A DNA stretch of 64,000 nucleotides from assembly GCA_963664115.2 (NCBI GenBank), contig CAXWPJ010000002.1, positions 672,001 to 736,000 of the forward strand, given 5' to 3'. Shown piece after piece: positions 60,140 to 64,000 of the stretch; the first letter of the stretch is position 1, and each line of letters starts with the position of its first letter. The notes beneath the pieces are model-generated. The model was not told where the DNA came from. It worked only from the letters and a program-made list of their open reading frames with translations, and made no database searches. The position numbers and the translations under genes were made by a program. The stretch comes from Terriglobia bacterium. Its GTDB lineage: Bacteria > Acidobacteriota > Terriglobia > 20CM-2-55-15.

Positions 60140-60958
60140 ATGAAAGCACAAATCTTGTCGGGGGCTTTACTCCTCATGCTGGCTCCGAACGCCACGGCCC
60201 AGGAAGTGGACACTGTGGACACTGTGGACACGGTTTTTCTCGAAGAGCTCACCACGGTTGAGGTCCAGGACGGGATCCGGAACGGCACGACCACCGTCAT
60301 CTTGCCAACCGCGGGGACCGAACAAAACGGCCCACATCTGGTGTTGGGTAAACACAAGTACATCGTCAACTACGCGTCGGAGCAAATCGCGCGCCGCCTC
60401 GGAAACGCGCTGGTTGCTCCCGTTGTGACTTACGTGCCTGAGGGCGCAGTGGATCCGCCGTCGGGGCACATGCGATATGCGGGGACAATCACGCTTCCCA
60501 ACGAGTTCTTCATGAAGCTTGTTGAGTACGCTGCACGGAGCTTCAGGGCACACGGATTCACCGACATCGTGTTTCTCGCCGATAGTGGGGGCAATCTCGA
60601 AGGCATGGGGGCGGTTGCGGAGCAGCTCAACAGAGAATGGGCAGACGAAATCACCCGGATTCACTTTGCCGATGATTACTATTCCAACAACGGCTATAGC
60701 GAATGGTTGATCGAACAGGGTGAGACAGCGGAGACCATCGGTGGGCACGCGGGTCTCGACACGACCTCGGAGCTTCTCTTTGTCGCACCCCAACACGTCC
60801 GTCCGGACGAGCTGACGCCCGCCGGGGGAACAGACACGAGCCGCTATAGCTTTTCGGGCGATCCCACGCGTGCGACGACTGAAATTGGCCGGAACGGCCT
60901 GCGGTTAAAGATCGAGGCCGGGGTCCGACAGATCCGGTCTTTGATGGAAGCGGATTAA
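60140..60958 (+). CDS. Creatininase/creatinine amidohydrolase family protein, secreted
   Basis: LEELT..EV; P..GTEQNGPHL.LG.H; PGT-like AGTITL; DSGGN; GHAG...TSE. Confidence 0.85.
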   Translation: MKAQILSGALLLMLAPNATAQEVDTVDTVDTVFLEELTTVEVQDGIRNGTTTVILPTAGTEQNGPHLVLGKHKYIVNYASEQIARRLGNALVAPVVTYVPEGAVDPPSGHMRYAGTITLPNEFFMKLVEYAARSFRAHGFTDIVFLADSGGNLEGMGAVAEQLNREWADEITRIHFADDYYSNNGYSEWLIEQGETAETIGGHAGLDTTSELLFVAPQHVRPDELTPAGGTDTSRYSFSGDPTRATTEIGRNGLRLKIEAGVRQIRSLMEAD

Positions 60959-61041
60959 CCGGTATCGCTATTTCCGCGGTGTGTGCCCGTCACTCAATCT
61001 CCTGTCTGGACCCTCAGCCCGGGATCAGTAATAATCGCGCG

Positions 61042-63666
61042 ATGGGGAGGCGTCGCTTGTCGTCAGCGTCGGCTACGGTCTCGGTGGCCCTGCTGCTGTG
61101 GGGCTGTGGACCGGAAGGGGGAGAATTCGATATTCCGGAACCAGGAATACCGCTCGCACTGGCCCAGGAGCGTGCGCGAAGGGTCAGCGACCTGCGCTAC
61201 GGGCTGTCGTTCGACATCCCGAACGCGGTCGGGGACCCGATCAACGGTCGTGTCACGGCTCGCTTCGCACTCGAAGACGCATCGACACCCCTTGTGTTCG
61301 ATTTCGACCCGGCCGGGGGGGACGGCGATTCCGCCGAGTCCTTTGTCCGGTCGGTGAATGTGGGCGGCTCCGAAGCCGACTTCGAACTCAACAACGGACA
61401 CATCGTCATTCCCTCGTCCGCACTCGTCGCGGGTGAGAACACGGTCGAAATTATCTTTCGCGCAGGCGACGCGTCGCTGACCCGGAACCCTGAGTTTCTA
61501 TACACGCTTTTCGTCCCTGCTCTTGCCCACACAGTTTTTCCTTCTTTTGACCAGCCCGACCTCAAAGCCCGTTACTCACTCGAGCTGACGATTCCCCTGG
61601 GGTGGCAAGCCCTTGCAAACGGCGCCGAAAACGGCCGCGAGGAAATCGGGGACCGCGTCCGTATCCGCTACGCGGAGACCGAACCGATACCGACTTATCT
61701 GTTCGCGTTTGCGGCGGGCCTGTTCCAGATCGAGGAAGCGACCCGCGACGGGAGGACCTTCCGGATGTTTCATCGGGAGACGGACACTGCCAAGCTCGAG
61801 CGCAACCGCGAAGCGGTGTTCGACCTTCATGGGGCGGCTCTGCGGCAACTCGAAGACTACACCGGCATACCCTATCCCTTCGGCAAGTTCGATTTCGTTC
61901 TCATACCGGCCTTCGAATTCGGTGGCATGGAGCACCCAGGGGCGATCTTCTATCGAGACTCCGGAATTCTGCTCGAAGAGACGGCCACTGAGCAACAACG
62001 GTTGGGCCGAGCGAGCCTGATATCGCATGAGACGTCCCATATGTGGTTCGGCGACCTCGTCACCATGCAATGGTTCGACGATGTGTGGATGAAAGAAGTC
62101 TTCGCCAATTTCATGGCGGCCAAGATCGTCAATCCCTCGTTCCCCGAGGTCAACCATGATCTGCTGTTCCTGACGAACAACTACCCGGCGGCATATGGAG
62201 TCGACCGGACGGAGGGAACGCACGCGATCCGTCAGGAGTTGGACAACCTGAACGAGGCGGGGAGCCTGTACGGGGCGATCATCTACCAGAAAGCGCCCAT
62301 CGTGATGCGGCAACTGGAACGCATTGTCGGTCCGGACCGCTTTCGGGAAGGGATGCGCGTTTACCTGGACCGGTTCCGATTCTCCAATGCAAGCTGGATG
62401 GATCTGATCGAAATCCTCGACGAAAGAACGGAAACGGACCTTGTGGCCTGGAGCCGAACCTGGGTGGAGGAGTCCGGCAGACCCGTCATTCGCACGGAAA
62501 TCGAAACTGAAAGTGACGGGCGAATGACAGGGCTCGCTCTCGCCCAGTCGGACCCGGCAGAAGGACGATCCCTCCAGTGGACCCAGGAAATCGATGTCCT
62601 GATCGGTACCCCCGGACGCATCGAGACCATAAGTGTGAGCTTTGCCGAGGCGCGTGTGGATGTCCGAGCGGCCTCGGCGATGCGCCCGGACTTCGTTCTT
62701 CCCAGCGGCAGCGGGCTAGCCTATGGCGACATCGTGCTCGATGATGGAAGCCGGGCCTATCTTCTGGAGCACCTCGGGGAATTCGACGACGCCGTGACCC
62801 GCGGCGCGGTCTGGGTCACGCTCTGGGAAGAGATGCTGGGGGGGCGTGTCTTGCCAGAGACGCTGATGAACCTCGCCCTTGATGTGATCGCGAGGGAGGA
62901 CACCGAGCAAGTCGTTCAGTTGCTGCTCAACGGAGTCGGTTCGCTTTTCTGGCGCTACCTGCCGGTGTCGGAAAGGGAAGCGGTAGCGCCCAGACTCGAG
63001 CGCGTTCTTCGGGACGGAATCGGACGATCGGAGTCCTCGAGCCTGAAGTCGGCTTACTTTTCTGCTTTCCGTTCGATTGTGACACGGGCCGACGGCATCG
63101 ATTTTCTCGAAGGTGTATGGAGCCGGGAGGAGAGGATACCGGGACTGTCGCTGTCGGAAACCGATGAGACGACGATGGCGGAACAGCTCGCGCTGCGTTC
63201 GCACCCGCGCTCGTCCGAGATCCTTGACCAACAGTTGGATCGCATCGAAAATCCCGACCGGCGGGAGCGTTTCCAGTTTGTAATCCCGGCGCTCTCATCG
63301 GACCCGGAGGAGCGGTCCGCGTTCTTTGCACGGATCGGCGATCCGTCCAACCGGGGGCGCGAACCCTGGGTCCTCGACGGTTTACGTTTCCTCAACCATC
63401 CCTTGCGGGGGAGGGAATCTTTGGAGCAGATCCGTCCAGCTCTGGAGGAACTTTTAGAAGTTCGGGACACGGGCGACATCTTTTTCCCAAGGAACTGGTT
63501 GGCCGCGCTGCTGTCTGGACACAACACCCCCCGGGCAGCAGAGATCGTCCGTGAGTTTCTCGCCCGACAGGCGCCGGACTATCCGGTTCGCCTGCGGCAG
63601 ATCATTCTTCAGTCGGCGGACCCCCTGTTCCGGGCCGTCACGAATTTCGAGTCCCGGGATAACTGA
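61042..63666 (+). CDS. M1 family Zn-aminopeptidase (PepN-like), probable lipoprotein
   Basis: FP.FDQPDLKA; GGMEH; HETSHMWFGDLVTM.W..DVWMKE (HExxH-18x-E); IYQKAP; lipobox LLWGC. Confidence 0.92.
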   Translation: MGRRRLSSASATVSVALLLWGCGPEGGEFDIPEPGIPLALAQERARRVSDLRYGLSFDIPNAVGDPINGRVTARFALEDASTPLVFDFDPAGGDGDSAESFVRSVNVGGSEADFELNNGHIVIPSSALVAGENTVEIIFRAGDASLTRNPEFLYTLFVPALAHTVFPSFDQPDLKARYSLELTIPLGWQALANGAENGREEIGDRVRIRYAETEPIPTYLFAFAAGLFQIEEATRDGRTFRMFHRETDTAKLERNREAVFDLHGAALRQLEDYTGIPYPFGKFDFVLIPAFEFGGMEHPGAIFYRDSGILLEETATEQQRLGRASLISHETSHMWFGDLVTMQWFDDVWMKEVFANFMAAKIVNPSFPEVNHDLLFLTNNYPAAYGVDRTEGTHAIRQELDNLNEAGSLYGAIIYQKAPIVMRQLERIVGPDRFREGMRVYLDRFRFSNASWMDLIEILDERTETDLVAWSRTWVEESGRPVIRTEIETESDGRMTGLALAQSDPAEGRSLQWTQEIDVLIGTPGRIETISVSFAEARVDVRAASAMRPDFVLPSGSGLAYGDIVLDDGSRAYLLEHLGEFDDAVTRGAVWVTLWEEMLGGRVLPETLMNLALDVIAREDTEQVVQLLLNGVGSLFWRYLPVSEREAVAPRLERVLRDGIGRSESSSLKSAYFSAFRSIVTRADGIDFLEGVWSREERIPGLSLSETDETTMAEQLALRSHPRSSEILDQQLDRIENPDRRERFQFVIPALSSDPEERSAFFARIGDPSNRGREPWVLDGLRFLNHPLRGRESLEQIRPALEELLEVRDTGDIFFPRNWLAALLSGHNTPRAAEIVREFLARQAPDYPVRLRQIILQSADPLFRAVTNFESRDN

Positions 63667-64000
63667 TGCGCACACCGTGGTTCCTGTTCGCGAGCGCATC
63701 GGTCTTGCTCCTGATCATGGGTGCGAGCTTCTTTGTCTCTCCATCGGATCGACCGGCGTCCCAGCCTCACGCAGTCTATACTTCGTTGGAAAGTACCGAT
63801 GTCGGATCGCAGGCAACGATCTGGCTGGGCTATTCCATGGGCCTCGCGATTCTAGCTGTCATGGCTGCCCTGGTCTGGATGGGTGTAGCCAAGATGGGAA
63901 AGCTTGGCGCGCTCGGAAGATGGCTGGGGGCCGGTTTCGTGTGTCTGGGGTTGATCTTCACCGCCCTAGTCACGAGCTATGCGCGTTACGGGGCCGGAGA
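63666..64000 (+). CDS. Membrane protein, 3'-truncated by the window edge
   Basis: The ATG overlaps the upstream stop (TGATG). The frame MRTPWFLFASASVLLLIMGASFF... has several hydrophobic segments and stays open to the window end. It is absent from the ORF track. Confidence 0.6.
   Translation, partial: MRTPWFLFASASVLLLIMGASFFVSPSDRPASQPHAVYTSLESTDVGSQATIWLGYSMGLAILAVMAALVWMGVAKMGKLGALGRWLGAGFVCLGLIFTALVTSYARYGAG

Overview
GC-rich bacterial window. The gene content (several DUF6152 modules, a DUF5916 protein, a PufC-like diheme cytochrome, many secreted hydrolases) suggests an Acidobacteriota-like genome, but this is inference. Bases 1-17410 hold the 3' part of a giant (>5,700 aa) Ca-binding RTX/Calx-beta repeat surface protein, interrupted by a garbled frameshift inside a 483-bp tandem repeat. 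Bases 17.5-24.2 kb are an accessory zone punctuated by three same-orientation 3'-half tRNA-Gly(CCC) remnants (att-like), with an IS3 element, a higBA module, a HU gene, an amidohydrolase and a cupin. The rest carries RNA-modification genes, a DsbA-like gene next to a probable unannotated selenoprotein (UPYC peroxiredoxin-like domain fused to a DsbD-N-like domain, with a SECIS-like hairpin), a sahR-metF-metH operon with its operator, cimA, a DAHP synthase, three DUF6152 + two-Cys partner modules, three copies of a ~200-bp structured intergenic repeat, a ubiX/PNPOx-like/ubiD locus, an amidase, a creatininase-family gene and an M1 aminopeptidase.
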